NCBI GenBank assembly: GCA_963675295.2
Contig: CAXXKJ010000002.1
Span: 4,000,001 to 4,064,000 of the forward strand
DNA from: a bacterium
GTDB lineage: Bacteria > Electryoneota > Electryoneia > Electryoneales > Electryoneaceae
Length of the DNA stretch: 64,000 bases
Reading direction: 5' to 3'
The translations under genes were made by a program, and so were the position numbers. Positions 18,585 through 29,865 of the stretch are shown piece after piece; positions within the stretch are counted from its first letter, which is position 1, and each line of letters begins with the position of its first letter. The notes under the pieces were generated by a model. It ran no database searches, was not told the DNA's origin, and was given only the letters and a program-made list of their open reading frames with translations.

Positions 18585-20326
18585 TCCACCGACATGATGT
18601 GATTATCGTCGGCGCCGGCCTCGCCGGTTCCCGCGCAGCGGTGGAAATCGGCCAGGTGGCGGATGTCGCGGTGTTGTCGAAGGTGTATCCGAGCCGGTCG
18701 CACTCCGGCGCGGCGCAGGGCGGCATCGCCGCCAGCCTCGCGAACATTTCGAAGACGGACCGCTGGGAATATCATATGTTCGATACCGTCAAGGGGTCGG
18801 ACTACCTTGGCGACCAGGACGCGATCGAGATGATGGTGCGTGAAGCCCCGGAAACCGTCATCGAGATGGAACACTGGGGTTGCCCCTTCAGCCGCACGGC
18901 AGAGGGCAAGATCGCCCAGCGCAAGTTCGGTGGGCACACGCTCGAGTTCGGTAAGGAAGCGTCGTTGCGTGCGTGCTATTCGGCGGACTACACAGGTCAC
19001 GTTCTGCTGCACACTCTGCATGAACAGTGCCTCAAGCACAACGTCAATTTCTACTCTGAATTCCAGGTGCTGAGCCTGATCTTCCGGGACAACCGTGCTA
19101 TCGGTGTTGTCGCGCTGGATATGGTGCATGGCGGCCTGCACACCTTCTACGGCCGCGCGGTAATGTTCGGTATGGGCGGATACGGTCGTGCGTTCAGCAT
19201 CACTTCGAACGCGCACGCGAACACCGGCGACGGTCTCGCGTTGGTCAGTCGTGTCGGCCTGCCGGTCCAGGACATGGAGTTTGTCCAGTTCCACCCGACC
19301 GGCTTGTGGAAGAGCGGCATTCTGGTGACGGAAGGCGCGCGTGGTGAAGGCGGTTACCTGCTGAACAACGAGAAGCGCCGGTTCATGGAAGATTACGCGC
19401 CGACGTTGATGGAGCTCGCCCCGCGTGACATGGTTGCTCGCGCGATGCAGCAGGAAATTGACGAAGGACGCGGCATCAACGGTGAGGATAAGATCTTCAT
19501 CGACGTTACGCACCTCGGCGAAGCGAAGCTGATGGAACGTCTGCCGCAGATTACCGAGCTGGCGATGAACTTCGCGGGTGTCGATCCGCGTGTCGAACCG
19601 ATCCCGATCCAGCCGACCGCGCACTACAGCATGGGCGGCATTCCGGCGAACCCGAACACGCGTGTCACGTTCGACGAGCAGCGCACCGAAACGATCGGCT
19701 TCTACGCCGCCGGGGAATGTTCCTGCATCAGTGTGCACGGTGCCAACCGTCTCGGCACCAACAGCCTGTTGGAAGCGTTGCTGTTCGGCCGTCGTTCCGG
19801 CAAGCAGATCGTGGAAGACCTGCCGCATCTTGAATTCCCGACCCTGCCTGCGGACTACGAAGACGCCGCCAGAAAAGAAATCGACCACTTCAAGAACGTG
19901 TCCGGCAAGGAAAAAGTCGGCACGATCCGCAAGGAGCTGCAGGAAACGATGATGCTCGACTGCGGTGTGTTCCGCACCGAAAAGCAGCTCGTCAGCCAAA
20001 AGGCGAAGATCCAGGAACTGGAAGAGCGCTTCAAGCACATCACCGTGGACGACAAGTCCGAGCAGTTCAACACCGACCTGCTCGAGGCGATTGAGCTCGG
20101 CCACCTGCTCGAGTTCAGCGGCGCGATTGTGGAAGGAGCGTTGGCGCGCCAGGAAAGCCGTGGCGGCCACTACCGCAAGGACTTCCCGAAGCGTGACGAC
20201 GTGAAGTTCCTCAAGCACACGCTGGCGTGGCGCAAGGGCGCGAACTGGGAGCTAACCTTCGACAAGCCGGTGATGCTGGAAGGCGTGACCCACAAGGGCT
20301 TCGAGCCGATGGAGCGGAAGTATTAA
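18581..20326 (+). CDS. sdhA: Succinate dehydrogenase flavoprotein subunit
   Basis: [52 protein letters not shown]. Confidence 0.97.
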   Translation: MIHRHDVIIVGAGLAGSRAAVEIGQVADVAVLSKVYPSRSHSGAAQGGIAASLANISKTDRWEYHMFDTVKGSDYLGDQDAIEMMVREAPETVIEMEHWGCPFSRTAEGKIAQRKFGGHTLEFGKEASLRACYSADYTGHVLLHTLHEQCLKHNVNFYSEFQVLSLIFRDNRAIGVVALDMVHGGLHTFYGRAVMFGMGGYGRAFSITSNAHANTGDGLALVSRVGLPVQDMEFVQFHPTGLWKSGILVTEGARGEGGYLLNNEKRRFMEDYAPTLMELAPRDMVARAMQQEIDEGRGINGEDKIFIDVTHLGEAKLMERLPQITELAMNFAGVDPRVEPIPIQPTAHYSMGGIPANPNTRVTFDEQRTETIGFYAAGECSCISVHGANRLGTNSLLEALLFGRRSGKQIVEDLPHLEFPTLPADYEDAARKEIDHFKNVSGKEKVGTIRKELQETMMLDCGVFRTEKQLVSQKAKIQELEERFKHITVDDKSEQFNTDLLEAIELGHLLEFSGAIVEGALARQESRGGHYRKDFPKRDDVKFLKHTLAWRKGANWELTFDKPVMLEGVTHKGFEPMERKY

Positions 20327-20406
20327 ACACAGCCGTGAGCGATGAGCTCTGAGTTGTGAGTAACAGACATGCACCACCACCTGAGACGAAAGGCGGTGAG
20401 GACGAT

Positions 20407-21108
20407 ATGCCAAAGCGTACGTTCAAGATTTTCCGGTTCAACCCGGAGACAGACAGCAAGCCATCCTACAAGACTTACGACATTGAGTGTGAGGATTGGT
20501 GGACGGTTCTTGACGCACTGAACGAGATCAAGTGGTTTGTCGACGGGACGGTGACGTATCGCCGCTCCTGCCGTCACGGGATCTGCGGTTCATGCGCGAT
20601 GATGATCAACGGGAAGAACGACCTCGCCTGCGAGCTGCAGATCAAGACGCTCAAGGGCACGATCACCGTCGATCCGTTGCCGGGCTTCGAAATTTACCGT
20701 GACCTCGCGGTGAATATGGAACCGTTCTACGCGGCTCTTAAACGGGTGAAGCCGTGGCTGATCAACGATGATCCGTACCCGTCCAAGGAACGCATCCAGT
20801 CGCCGGAAGAGTTCAAGCTGATGGGCGACAGCATCGCCTGCATCCTGTGTGCGGCGTGCACCAGCTCGTGCCCGAGCTTCTGGTCGGACGAACAATACCT
20901 CGGCCCGGCGGCACTGCTGAAAGCCTACCGGTACACGTTCGACACGCGTGACAAGGGCCTCGGCGACCGGATCGATGCGCTGGACAACAAACACGGTCTC
21001 TGGCGCTGCCACAAGATCACGAACTGCTACCACGCGTGCCCGAAACACCTCAACCCGACCGAGCAGATCTCGAAGCTGCAACGCCGGATCATTGAGGAGA
21101 AGATGTAA
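20407..21108 (+). CDS. sdhB: Succinate dehydrogenase iron-sulfur subunit
   Basis: SCRHGICGSC, CILCAACTSSCP, CHKITNCYHACP. RBS gagg before ATG 20407. Confidence 0.96.
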   Translation: MPKRTFKIFRFNPETDSKPSYKTYDIECEDWWTVLDALNEIKWFVDGTVTYRRSCRHGICGSCAMMINGKNDLACELQIKTLKGTITVDPLPGFEIYRDLAVNMEPFYAALKRVKPWLINDDPYPSKERIQSPEEFKLMGDSIACILCAACTSSCPSFWSDEQYLGPAALLKAYRYTFDTRDKGLGDRIDALDNKHGLWRCHKITNCYHACPKHLNPTEQISKLQRRIIEEKM

Positions 21109-21169
21109 CGCGGATTCGCTGCGCTGCAAGCTGGATTGAGCAGCCGATCGTGAGATACCAACAACCCTC

Positions 21170-21202
21170 AGCGGGATGGTCGCAAGACTGTCCCGCTTTT
21201 CT
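21170..21202 (+). terminator. Intrinsic terminator of sdh operon
   Basis: agcgggatggtc-gcaa-gactgtcccgct followed by a T-rich tail. Confidence 0.75.
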
Positions 21203-21361
21203 GTTGCTGGACTCAGGTCATGTGTCAGAAAATGAATTTGACTAATAGTCAGACGATGGTTGTTCATGTATCATGGAGTGGTTAAACTGTGTTTCATACA
21301 CAATCACACTGGACACCCGCCTGTTTCGCGGGGATGAGTATCGACACCGTGGGGGAAAACG

Positions 21362-23746
21362 ATGCGCATCCGTGACCTGCTGTATCACGCCTGTTTGTTG
21401 ACCGTTTCAGCTTTGCTGTTCACCCATCTCGCCACCGCTCAGCCGGAGTGGCCAGCAACGGTTATTGAAAGCGGATTTGTCCCGATAAACTGCCAGTCGT
21501 TTGACGCTGACGGAGTAGGATCGGACGATGTGGTCTATCTCAACGCCTGCACCGGTTCGGTCGAAAGCTACCACTGGCATGAAGGCCAATGGACACAGAG
21601 TACGCTCTGTCAACAGGATGCTATCGCCTGCAGTATGGTATCGGGCGATCTGGACAGTGACGGCGACATGGATCTTGTCGTCTGCGACAACTATTACGGC
21701 CTGTTCTGGTTGGAACGGGATGGCGACGATTGGATTCAGCATTTCATCGTCGAGCAGTTCTGGTACAACGCCAGACTGTCCATCTTTGACATGGATGGCG
21801 ACGGCGATGCGGATATCTGCGTTTACCGGCAGAACGAGTGTATGTTCGAGTGGTGGTCGAATGAGCTGCCGGAATGGACACTTTACGACATCGGGCAACC
21901 GCCATTGGCACCACATTTCTTTACAACTGACGATCTCGACAATGACGGGGACGGTGACATTGTCATTTCGGAGCAATCATCCAATTACTGGATGGAGCAG
22001 ACTGTTGACGGATGGGACTACCACGACATTACGGTTACGTTCGAGAAAGGTGCGGTAGCCACGGGTGACCTCAACAGCGACGGCTGGGTCGATCTCGTCA
22101 TGCTCGCGAATAATTCAGCACTCTGCTGGTTTGAAAACACCCAAGTTGGCTGGGAAATGCACGGTCTGGACTTTGAAGCTACCCTTCTGAAACAACTGCA
22201 GACAATCGACCTTGACGCGGACGGAGACCTCGACATCGTTGCCGGGCAGCGGTATCAGAGTATGAATGTACTCTGGTTCGAGAACGACGGCTCAGGCGAA
22301 TTCACAATTCACTATATCGTCGCCGGATTTGACGATTTCAACTCGTTTTCTGCCGGTGATGTAAACGATGACGGATTCCTCGATATAGCGGTAGCGTCCA
22401 ACGATAATGGATTGGTCTGTTACCTGAGTGACGGCTTGACCTCGTGGAACCGTACCGATGTTCGCCGCAGTTATGCAGGTTCGACCGTGCTCGCCAGTGC
22501 TGATTTCGACGGCGACGGTGCTGTGGAATTTGTTTCCAATTACGGTCAAGTAGAGCTTGGCGAGTGGAATCCTGAAGGTGACGAATGGACCTACACGATA
22601 ATCGCGGACGGTGACTACGCAATGTCCATCGGTTTTATTCAAGGCGACTTCAACCTGAATGGCGTACAAGATGTCCTCACTGCCGAGTTTGGTATCAGAC
22701 CACTTCGTTGCTGGGAAATCGTTGATGAAGAGTGGACGACAGTCCTGACAATCAATACGGATCTATACTGGATCGAGACAATCCAAGCCGCTGATCTAGA
22801 CAACGACGGCGAGACCGATTTGGTAGCGGGAGGATATAACGGCCTGTCCTGGTTTGAATACCGGTATGGTGTCTTCGTTGAACATCGGATTGTTGATGAG
22901 TATGACTACTGGATCGAAGACATCGCCACTGCGGATGTCGACGAAGATGGGAACTTGAATCTGATCACGATTCAGTACGAGGGCGATTTGCGGATCTGGA
23001 CGCTCGAGGATGACGTATGGTCGTCGGATATCATTGGGTACACGGGCGCGCAGGGGGCCACCGTGATCGCCGGTAATTTCGATGCTGACAACGATATCGA
23101 GCTGCTGACCGGTTCAGTCGAATCGGTGCTGCTGTGGAACCAGCGGTCTGATGGATCATGGGCCTCACATCCGGCGTTCGATGGAGTAGAAAGCGCATCG
23201 GATTTCGACATGACCGATCTGGACGGTGACGGCTGGCAGGATATCGTCGTGACGGGTGCGGGTAGCGTGTACCGGGCAGAACAGAACGCAAACGGCTGGT
23301 CGGCGTCGGAACAAGTCTATCATACGATTTCGGGTGGAGCGATCAAATCGGCGGTCGCCGATGTCGATAACGACAGCGACAACGATATAATTACGGCTTA
23401 TAACCTTTATGGTTTAGTGTGGCTGGAAAATATGGGCGATACGTTCGTCGCGCATAAACCAGCGACTTCGACGCTGCCACACACATCGGTGCTGTATCCG
23501 TGCCATCCGAATCCGTTCAACCCGACAACGCAACTAACGCTCGCGTTGCCCAGTCCAGGGCATGCGTCGCTGGTGGTCTACGATGCGACCGGGCGTGAAG
23601 TGGTGTGTCTGCTGGACGGCGAGCTGTCCGCTGGAACCCACCGTGCGATGTTTGACGGGACCGGGCTGGCGTCCGGTGTCTACTTCGCCACGCTAACCGG
23701 CCCGGACGCTCAGGTCCAGACGCAGAAACTGGTGCTGGTGAAATGA
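21362..23746 (+). CDS. Secreted FG-GAP/VCBS-repeat protein with PNPFNP C-terminal (T9SS-type) domain, paralogue 1
   Basis: Signal peptide, many DLDxDGDxDLV Ca-binding repeats, C-terminal HPNPFNP...LASGVYF...QKLVLVK. Confidence 0.9.
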   Translation: MRIRDLLYHACLLTVSALLFTHLATAQPEWPATVIESGFVPINCQSFDADGVGSDDVVYLNACTGSVESYHWHEGQWTQSTLCQQDAIACSMVSGDLDSDGDMDLVVCDNYYGLFWLERDGDDWIQHFIVEQFWYNARLSIFDMDGDGDADICVYRQNECMFEWWSNELPEWTLYDIGQPPLAPHFFTTDDLDNDGDGDIVISEQSSNYWMEQTVDGWDYHDITVTFEKGAVATGDLNSDGWVDLVMLANNSALCWFENTQVGWEMHGLDFEATLLKQLQTIDLDADGDLDIVAGQRYQSMNVLWFENDGSGEFTIHYIVAGFDDFNSFSAGDVNDDGFLDIAVASNDNGLVCYLSDGLTSWNRTDVRRSYAGSTVLASADFDGDGAVEFVSNYGQVELGEWNPEGDEWTYTIIADGDYAMSIGFIQGDFNLNGVQDVLTAEFGIRPLRCWEIVDEEWTTVLTINTDLYWIETIQAADLDNDGETDLVAGGYNGLSWFEYRYGVFVEHRIVDEYDYWIEDIATADVDEDGNLNLITIQYEGDLRIWTLEDDVWSSDIIGYTGAQGATVIAGNFDADNDIELLTGSVESVLLWNQRSDGSWASHPAFDGVESASDFDMTDLDGDGWQDIVVTGAGSVYRAEQNANGWSASEQVYHTISGGAIKSAVADVDNDSDNDIITAYNLYGLVWLENMGDTFVAHKPATSTLPHTSVLYPCHPNPFNPTTQLTLALPSPGHASLVVYDATGREVVCLLDGELSAGTHRAMFDGTGLASGVYFATLTGPDAQVQTQKLVLVK

Positions 23747-23846
23747 GTCGTGATCAGAATCTGTTCGACCAGACGTATTCATTGCTGATGAATCGTGTAT
23801 TCCCGCCATTTCGCGGGGATGAGTATCGACACCGTGGGGGAAAACG

Positions 23847-26228
23847 ATGCGCATCCGTGACCTGCTTTATCCCGCCGTTTTGTTGACCATCGTCGTACTG
23901 CCGTTCACCCATCTCGCCACCGCTCAGCCGGAGTGGCCTCATCACCTGGTGCAGGACAGTTTCACACCGGAGGAGGTCGTTTCGTTTGATTGTGATGGAG
24001 ACGGGACTGACGAAATCTTCTCGATCGAGGCGAGTGACGGCTCCATCTATCAGTTTTCGTGGAATGGCGGCAACTGGACGCAGGAAACCATTTTCGCTCC
24101 GCACGGGTCTGGTTGGGACCTGACAGCCGCCGACATGGATCAGGATGGTGACCAGGACCTCGTTGTCTCCGACTTTGAGCTGGGTTTGTACTGGCTCGAG
24201 CAGGGCACGGATGGGTGGCCGCAACACGAAATCGGTGAACTGCCTGAGGGTCTCCCATACATCCGCACCGGAGATCTCGACCACGATGGCGATCGGGATG
24301 TGTTGATCTATCCGCGGTACCAATCGCAGCTCGCTTGGTGGGAAAACGACCTGGACGGTTGGACACAACACTCCATCGTGACGGACTACAACTGGATTGA
24401 TGACGCAACAACGGGCGACATGGACAATGACGGCGATGAGGATGTCGTCGTCGCGTACATTGAAGGTCTGTCGTGGTTGGAAAAGGATGGCGACGATTGG
24501 ATCGAGCACGATACCGGGCTCACCTACGGAGACAGACCCGTGGCCACTGGCGATTTCAACGGCGACGGGTTATTGGATATCATTGCCGGAGGACCGAATT
24601 TTGAGCTGCTCCTGATCCTGCAGACCGCGAACAGCTGGACATCGTCTTCGCTCAATTATTCAACGCAGAGTATCAGGACGCTTGGCGTTGACGACCTCGA
24701 CATGGACGGCGATCTCGACTTCTACCTTGGCTGGGAGGGAAATCCGGCACATTTGAGCTATTACGTAAACGACGGCGCCGCCAATTTTAATGCCTGGCCG
24801 GTGACCTACGACCTGAAGGGGTTGAACTCAGCTGTCGCCAGCGATGTCAACGGCGACGGGTTCCTCGATTTCACCACGGTTTCCGAGGTTGAAGGGGTTG
24901 ACTGTTTCCTCAGCGAAGAGTTGTTTGTGTGGGAACATACGGATGCCCGTCCCGGGTACGGCGGATCGACACGGATCGCGGTGGCGGATTTCCGAGGGAC
25001 TGGCCAGCTTGATATCATCGGGGACTTCGGAGCCGTCGAGCTTCGCTGCTGGAGTGACAACGGGCAGCAATGGGTCGCCGACACCGTTGCTGCGGGTGAG
25101 TATAGTGATGAATACGATCTCGCAGGGATTGACGTCGACCAGGATGGAAAATCCGAGCTGGTCAGCGCGGAGTTTAGCAGCTTTGATCTCAACTGCTGGG
25201 AGTATGACGGGGATTCATGGAGCTGGCTCTTCTCGATCGATCCGGATCAAATCTTTATCTCGGCCATCGAGGTCGCGGATCTTGATCAGGATGGGGATTC
25301 CGATATTCTGACCGGAAGCTATGAAGGCTTGGTCTGGTGCGAGAACCAGTTCGGCTTCTTTTCCCCGCAGTGGATCTGGAACGAAGACATGTCCCATGTG
25401 CTGGCTATTGCCGCCGCAGACATGAACAGCAACGGCCGGCTGGATCCGATCACGATCCGTAACAATGGTGAAATGGACATTTGGTTCAATATCGAGGATA
25501 CCTGGTACTGGCAGGTTGTCGGCTTAACGGATGGCGCGGCACAGGCAATTCTGCCGGTGAATACCGATACCGATCCCGAACTCGAACTCATCACGGCCAC
25601 GCTCTCTCAGCTTTTGCTGTGGGACAAGCAACCGGACCAGAGCTGGGAATCCAGTGACAGCTTCGCCGGACTTGACAACGCCAGGGACCTCGACGCGGCG
25701 GACATCGATGGGGACGAGTGGACGGACATTCTGATCACCCTTTCGGATTGCCTTGTCTGGGCTGAACAGACGCAGAGCGGAGACTGGATAAACCGGACTG
25801 TGTATGAGCCACCGTTCGGAGGGCTCGAGGAATCGGAGCTGATCGACATGGATCAGGACGGGGACATCGATATTGCCTCGGCAGGACAATTGAATGATCT
25901 GTTCTGGCTGGAAAACACGGGAAACCTGTTCGTCGCGCATGAACCGGCGGTATCGCTGCCACACACATCCGTGCTGTATCCGTGCCATCCGAATCCGTTC
26001 AACCCCGCGACACAGTTGACGTTCGCGTTGCCGAGTCCAGGGCATGCGACGCTGGTGGTCTACGATGCGACCGGGCGTGAAGTGGTGTGTCTGCTGGATG
26101 GCGAACTGTCCGCCGGAACCTACCGTGCGATGTTTGACGGGACCGGCCTGGCGTCCGGCGTCTACTTCGCCACGCTAACCGGCCCGGACGCTCAGGTCCA
26201 GACGCAGAAACTGGTGCTGGTGAAGTAG
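23847..26228 (+). CDS. Secreted FG-GAP/VCBS-repeat protein with PNPFNP C-terminal domain, paralogue 2
   Basis: Same architecture and nearly the same length as 21362..23746. Confidence 0.9.
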   Translation: MRIRDLLYPAVLLTIVVLPFTHLATAQPEWPHHLVQDSFTPEEVVSFDCDGDGTDEIFSIEASDGSIYQFSWNGGNWTQETIFAPHGSGWDLTAADMDQDGDQDLVVSDFELGLYWLEQGTDGWPQHEIGELPEGLPYIRTGDLDHDGDRDVLIYPRYQSQLAWWENDLDGWTQHSIVTDYNWIDDATTGDMDNDGDEDVVVAYIEGLSWLEKDGDDWIEHDTGLTYGDRPVATGDFNGDGLLDIIAGGPNFELLLILQTANSWTSSSLNYSTQSIRTLGVDDLDMDGDLDFYLGWEGNPAHLSYYVNDGAANFNAWPVTYDLKGLNSAVASDVNGDGFLDFTTVSEVEGVDCFLSEELFVWEHTDARPGYGGSTRIAVADFRGTGQLDIIGDFGAVELRCWSDNGQQWVADTVAAGEYSDEYDLAGIDVDQDGKSELVSAEFSSFDLNCWEYDGDSWSWLFSIDPDQIFISAIEVADLDQDGDSDILTGSYEGLVWCENQFGFFSPQWIWNEDMSHVLAIAAADMNSNGRLDPITIRNNGEMDIWFNIEDTWYWQVVGLTDGAAQAILPVNTDTDPELELITATLSQLLLWDKQPDQSWESSDSFAGLDNARDLDAADIDGDEWTDILITLSDCLVWAEQTQSGDWINRTVYEPPFGGLEESELIDMDQDGDIDIASAGQLNDLFWLENTGNLFVAHEPAVSLPHTSVLYPCHPNPFNPATQLTFALPSPGHATLVVYDATGREVVCLLDGELSAGTYRAMFDGTGLASGVYFATLTGPDAQVQTQKLVLVK

Positions 26229-26271
26229 TCCGCTGAAGCCGGCTGGCCAGTAGGTATGATTCATCCGCTTA

Positions 26272-26297
26272 TTACCACGGACTAAAGTCCGTGGTAA
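26272..26297. repeat. REP-like element, family B
   Basis: ttaccacggact-aa-agtccgtggtaa, matching 3763-3800. Confidence 0.8.
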
Positions 26298-26465
26298 GCT
26301 GTATCAGATGGCCGTACCAGATGGGTGTACCTGATAGGTATCGACCGAATTCGAGGCCGTCTCCCCGCGCGGGAGGCGGCGTTTTTGTATCTTCGTGCAG
26401 GTTGAAGCATCCAACCACGGCAACACCTTCGACGACGACAAACACACACCACATACCGGGGACCT

Positions 26466-27104
26466 ATGAACGAGGCGGGACGGCGTTGGCTGAAGGTTCC
26501 GGCGGCGGATTATGACAGCCACATGGGGCTGGACTCGGTCGGGCAGACGCAGGAGTTGAGCCGCATCTTCGCGGACTTGTTGCAGCAGTTTCCGCCGAAG
26601 AAGGGGATTGCGGTGCTTGGTTGTGCGACCGGGAACGGGTTCGAACACATCCCCAACGACAAGATGGTGCGTGTGGTCGGTGTGGACGTCAACCTCAACT
26701 ACCTGCACCTGTTGAAGGAACGGCACGGCGAACGGTTGCGTTGGCTGGAGACGCAATGCTGCGATGTGCTGCGCTGCCAGTTCCCGGATCAGGGGTTCGA
26801 CCACATCCACGCCGCGTTGCTGTTCGAATATGTCGACCCGAAGGCGGTGCTTGAAAAGGTCCGGCCATGGCTGACGGATGATGGTGTGCTCAGTGTCGTG
26901 TTGCAGCACCCGAGTAAAGCGGTCGGCACAGTCAGCGACTCGCCGTTCCCCGGCGTCAAGATCCTGCACGATGTGATCACACTCGTCCCCCCCGATGAGT
27001 TTATCCGATTGGCGGAAGGGGTTGGGCTAACCGTGCAGTCGCGGGAACATGTTCCGTTGCCGCAGGGAAAAGCGTTCGAGGTGCTGGTGTTCAAGCCAGC
27101 ATGA
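26466..27104 (+). CDS. Class I SAM-dependent methyltransferase
   Basis: AVLGCATGNG motif I, VVGVDVN, FDHIHAALLFEYVD. Confidence 0.85.
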   Translation: MNEAGRRWLKVPAADYDSHMGLDSVGQTQELSRIFADLLQQFPPKKGIAVLGCATGNGFEHIPNDKMVRVVGVDVNLNYLHLLKERHGERLRWLETQCCDVLRCQFPDQGFDHIHAALLFEYVDPKAVLEKVRPWLTDDGVLSVVLQHPSKAVGTVSDSPFPGVKILHDVITLVPPDEFIRLAEGVGLTVQSREHVPLPQGKAFEVLVFKPA

Positions 27105-27198
27105 ACTGGGAGACCGGTGTGATTCATCCGCCGGAGCGCCCCGATCCTGCTTGCCTCTTCCCCGCTCCGGCAGTAGGTTGCATGATCCCGTCATGTAC

Positions 27199-27313
27199 GG
27201 GACACTTTGTCCCTAAAGTGTCCCATGCCGGGTTCAGCGGGGAGATATTCTCGAGTAAGTGTCCCGTGACTAGTTCACCGGGGACACTTGTCGGAGCAAG
27301 TGTCCCCGGTGAA
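27199..27313. repeat. REP family A doublet
   Basis: gggacactttgtccctaaagtgtccc (27199-27224), half site agtaagtgtccc, and ttcaccggggacacttgtcggagcaagtgtccccggtgaa (27274-27313). Confidence 0.85.
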
Positions 27314-27357
27314 TACATCCCAGTTCACTCGTCGTTCATCAGGGAGGAAACGCCGCC

Positions 27358-28968
27358 GTGTTCCGCATCCCATCGTCCGTGCAGACCAACGATCCCGAGT
27401 TCAAGACCAATGTCGAGCATCACAAGCGTCTCGAAGGTGAGTATCTCGAGCTGTACGAGCGCATCAAGGCGGGCGGTCCGCCGAAGTATGTGGAACGGCA
27501 CAAGTCGCGTGGCAAGCTGACGGCGCGGGAACGGATCGACGCGTTGATCGATGAGGACACGCCGTTCCTCGAACTGTCGGCGCTGGCGGCGTACGGGATG
27601 TACAACGACGAGGCGCCGGGCGCGGGTGTGGTCACCGGTGTTGGTATCGTGCATGGCCAGGAGGTGGTGATTGTCGCCAATGACGCGACGGTCAAGGGCG
27701 GCACGTACTTCCCTATGACGATCAAGAAGCACCTGCGCGCGCAGCAGGTCGCGTTGGAGAACAACCTGCCGTGTGTTTATCTCGTTGACAGCGGCGGCAT
27801 CTTCCTGCCGGAACAGGCGGGCACCTTCCCCGATCAGGAACACTTCGGCCGCATTTTCTACAACCAGGCGTTGATGAGTCGGCTCGGGATTCCGCAGTTC
27901 TCGTGCGTGATGGGCTCTTGTACCGCCGGCGGGGCGTATGTCCCGGCGATGAGCGACGAAACGGTGATCGTCAAGGAACAGGGCACAATTTTTATCGGCG
28001 GGCCACCGCTGGTGAAGGCGGCAACCGGCGTCGAGACGACCCCGGAAGAGCTCGGTGGCGCGGATGTCCACACCCGCATCTCGGGTGTCTCCGACCACTT
28101 CGCGGAGAATGACGAACACGCGCTCAAGATCCTGCGCAACATTCTGGAAAATGTCGGCCCGCGTCCGAAGTTTAATATCGAACGTGTCGCGCCGGAGGAC
28201 CCGTATTACGATCCAGAAGAGCTTTACGGCATTGTCCCGGCGGATCTGAAGAAACCGTATGACGTCAGGGAAATCATCGCGCGTGTCGTGGACGGGTCCA
28301 GGTTCCACGAGTTCAAAACGCGCTACGGCAACACGTTGATCACCGGATTCGCCCGTCTGATGGGCTACCCGGTCGGGATCGTGGCGAACAATGGCGTCCT
28401 GTTCAGCGAATCTTCCAAGAAGGGCGCGCATTTCGTGACTCTGTGCGCGAAACGCAAGATCCCGCTGCTCTTCCTGCAGAACATCACCGGCTTCATGGTC
28501 GGCGTCGAATACGAACACGGCGCGATCGCGTCGGATGGCGCGAAGATGGTCCACGCCGTCGCGAACGCGGACGTGCCCAAGTTCACCCTCGTTGTCGGCG
28601 GTAGCTATGGCGCGGGCAACTACGCCATGTGCGGACGCGGCTACTTCCCGCGGCTGATGTGGATGTGGCCGAACGCGCGGATCTCGGTGATGGGCGGCGA
28701 GCAGGCGGCGAATGTGTTGACACAGGTGAAACAGGACCAGCTTGCGGCCAAGGGTGCGGACGCGTTGACCGAGGAGCAGGTCGCGCAGATGCAGGCTCCG
28801 ATCCTCGAGAAGTATGAGCGCGAAGGGCATCCGTTCTATGCGACCGCGCGGATCTGGGACGATGGCATCCTGACCATGCGTGATTCACGGATCGCGTTGG
28901 CACTGGCGCTCGAGATGAGCCTTAACAAGCCGATTCCGGACATGCAGATGGGCATTTTCCGGATGTAA
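27358..28968 (+). CDS. 3-methylcrotonyl-CoA carboxylase beta (carboxyltransferase) subunit
   Basis: [67 protein letters not shown]. Confidence 0.93.
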   Translation: MFRIPSSVQTNDPEFKTNVEHHKRLEGEYLELYERIKAGGPPKYVERHKSRGKLTARERIDALIDEDTPFLELSALAAYGMYNDEAPGAGVVTGVGIVHGQEVVIVANDATVKGGTYFPMTIKKHLRAQQVALENNLPCVYLVDSGGIFLPEQAGTFPDQEHFGRIFYNQALMSRLGIPQFSCVMGSCTAGGAYVPAMSDETVIVKEQGTIFIGGPPLVKAATGVETTPEELGGADVHTRISGVSDHFAENDEHALKILRNILENVGPRPKFNIERVAPEDPYYDPEELYGIVPADLKKPYDVREIIARVVDGSRFHEFKTRYGNTLITGFARLMGYPVGIVANNGVLFSESSKKGAHFVTLCAKRKIPLLFLQNITGFMVGVEYEHGAIASDGAKMVHAVANADVPKFTLVVGGSYGAGNYAMCGRGYFPRLMWMWPNARISVMGGEQAANVLTQVKQDQLAAKGADALTEEQVAQMQAPILEKYEREGHPFYATARIWDDGILTMRDSRIALALALEMSLNKPIPDMQMGIFRM

Positions 28969-29064
28969 TTGGCGGAGGTTTCTGTAACCGGTTTGCGAAC
29001 GGCCAAGTCTCATCTATATTAAAGGTGAGACTTGTTTGTTGACTGCTTGCTCGGAGAAGCCTTC

Positions 29065-29847
29065 ATGAATATTTGGACTGATAGTCGAACTCGCGTTGTA
29101 CTGGTGGTTGTGCTTGTCCTCGCGGTGACGTTGCTGCTTAGCGGAACGGTGTACGCGCAGGGCTATGGGCGTGTCATCAGCCAGCCGGAAGACGAAGATT
29201 ACAGCGGCGTCCGTCCCTACCTCCTGGTCAACCTGGGGTATGGCAACCCGACGGATGACGCCTACGACCTCGCGTTCGACAACCCGTACTTCCGTTTCGG
29301 CGGCGGGTTTGGCATGATTTTCCACAATTTCGGCGCGGAAGTGTTGCTGCGTCGCGGCATCCAGGAGGAGACACATCTGGTCGCGGCGGAGTACGATCAG
29401 CAGTACCTGCGCTCCTTCTACCTCTCCACGACCGAGATCCAGTTCCGCCTGTACGGTCGCCCTCATGTCGGCAAGGTGGTTTTCCCGACCGGCTTCGGTG
29501 TCGGCCTGGTGACGATGACGGTCGACCGCGGGTACCCCGGCGTATTTGACCGGTTCAGCGGCTCGGGGTGGTACATCGGACCGTTTGTCGGGGCGGAGTA
29601 CCGGGTGAATGACCTGGTCGCCCTCGGTGCCGAAGTCGAATATGCCATCAATGAATCGTCCTTCAGCGGGTCCAGCGCGTGGGAAACGCAGCATTCTGCC
29701 CTGATCAATGAGCAGGGCGGGTTCTTCCCGGCGACGGAGGACGGATTCTGGGATACAGTCGGCGGATACAACGAGGAGTTCAGCAACAGCGGCTTTGTCT
29801 TCTCGATCCGCGCGATCCTGTATATCCCCACCTATACCGGGAACTGA
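29065..29847 (+). CDS. Putative outer-membrane beta-barrel protein
   Basis: Signal peptide and alternating aromatic beta-strand segments (FRFGGGFG, YIGPFVGAEYRV, FVFSIRAILY). Confidence 0.7.
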   Translation: MNIWTDSRTRVVLVVVLVLAVTLLLSGTVYAQGYGRVISQPEDEDYSGVRPYLLVNLGYGNPTDDAYDLAFDNPYFRFGGGFGMIFHNFGAEVLLRRGIQEETHLVAAEYDQQYLRSFYLSTTEIQFRLYGRPHVGKVVFPTGFGVGLVTMTVDRGYPGVFDRFSGSGWYIGPFVGAEYRVNDLVALGAEVEYAINESSFSGSSAWETQHSALINEQGGFFPATEDGFWDTVGGYNEEFSNSGFVFSIRAILYIPTYTGN

Positions 29848-29865
29848 CAAGGGTAGACATTCACC

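Noticed and set aside
23797-23830. gtattcccgccatttcgcggggatgag, superficially like a type I-E CRISPR repeat
   Set aside because: It occurs only as the duplicated 5' UTR of two paralogous genes, with no repeat-spacer periodicity.
21362-26228. Diversity-generating retroelement explaining paralogue similarity
   Set aside because: No reverse transcriptase in the window, and the differences between repeats are not adenine-specific.
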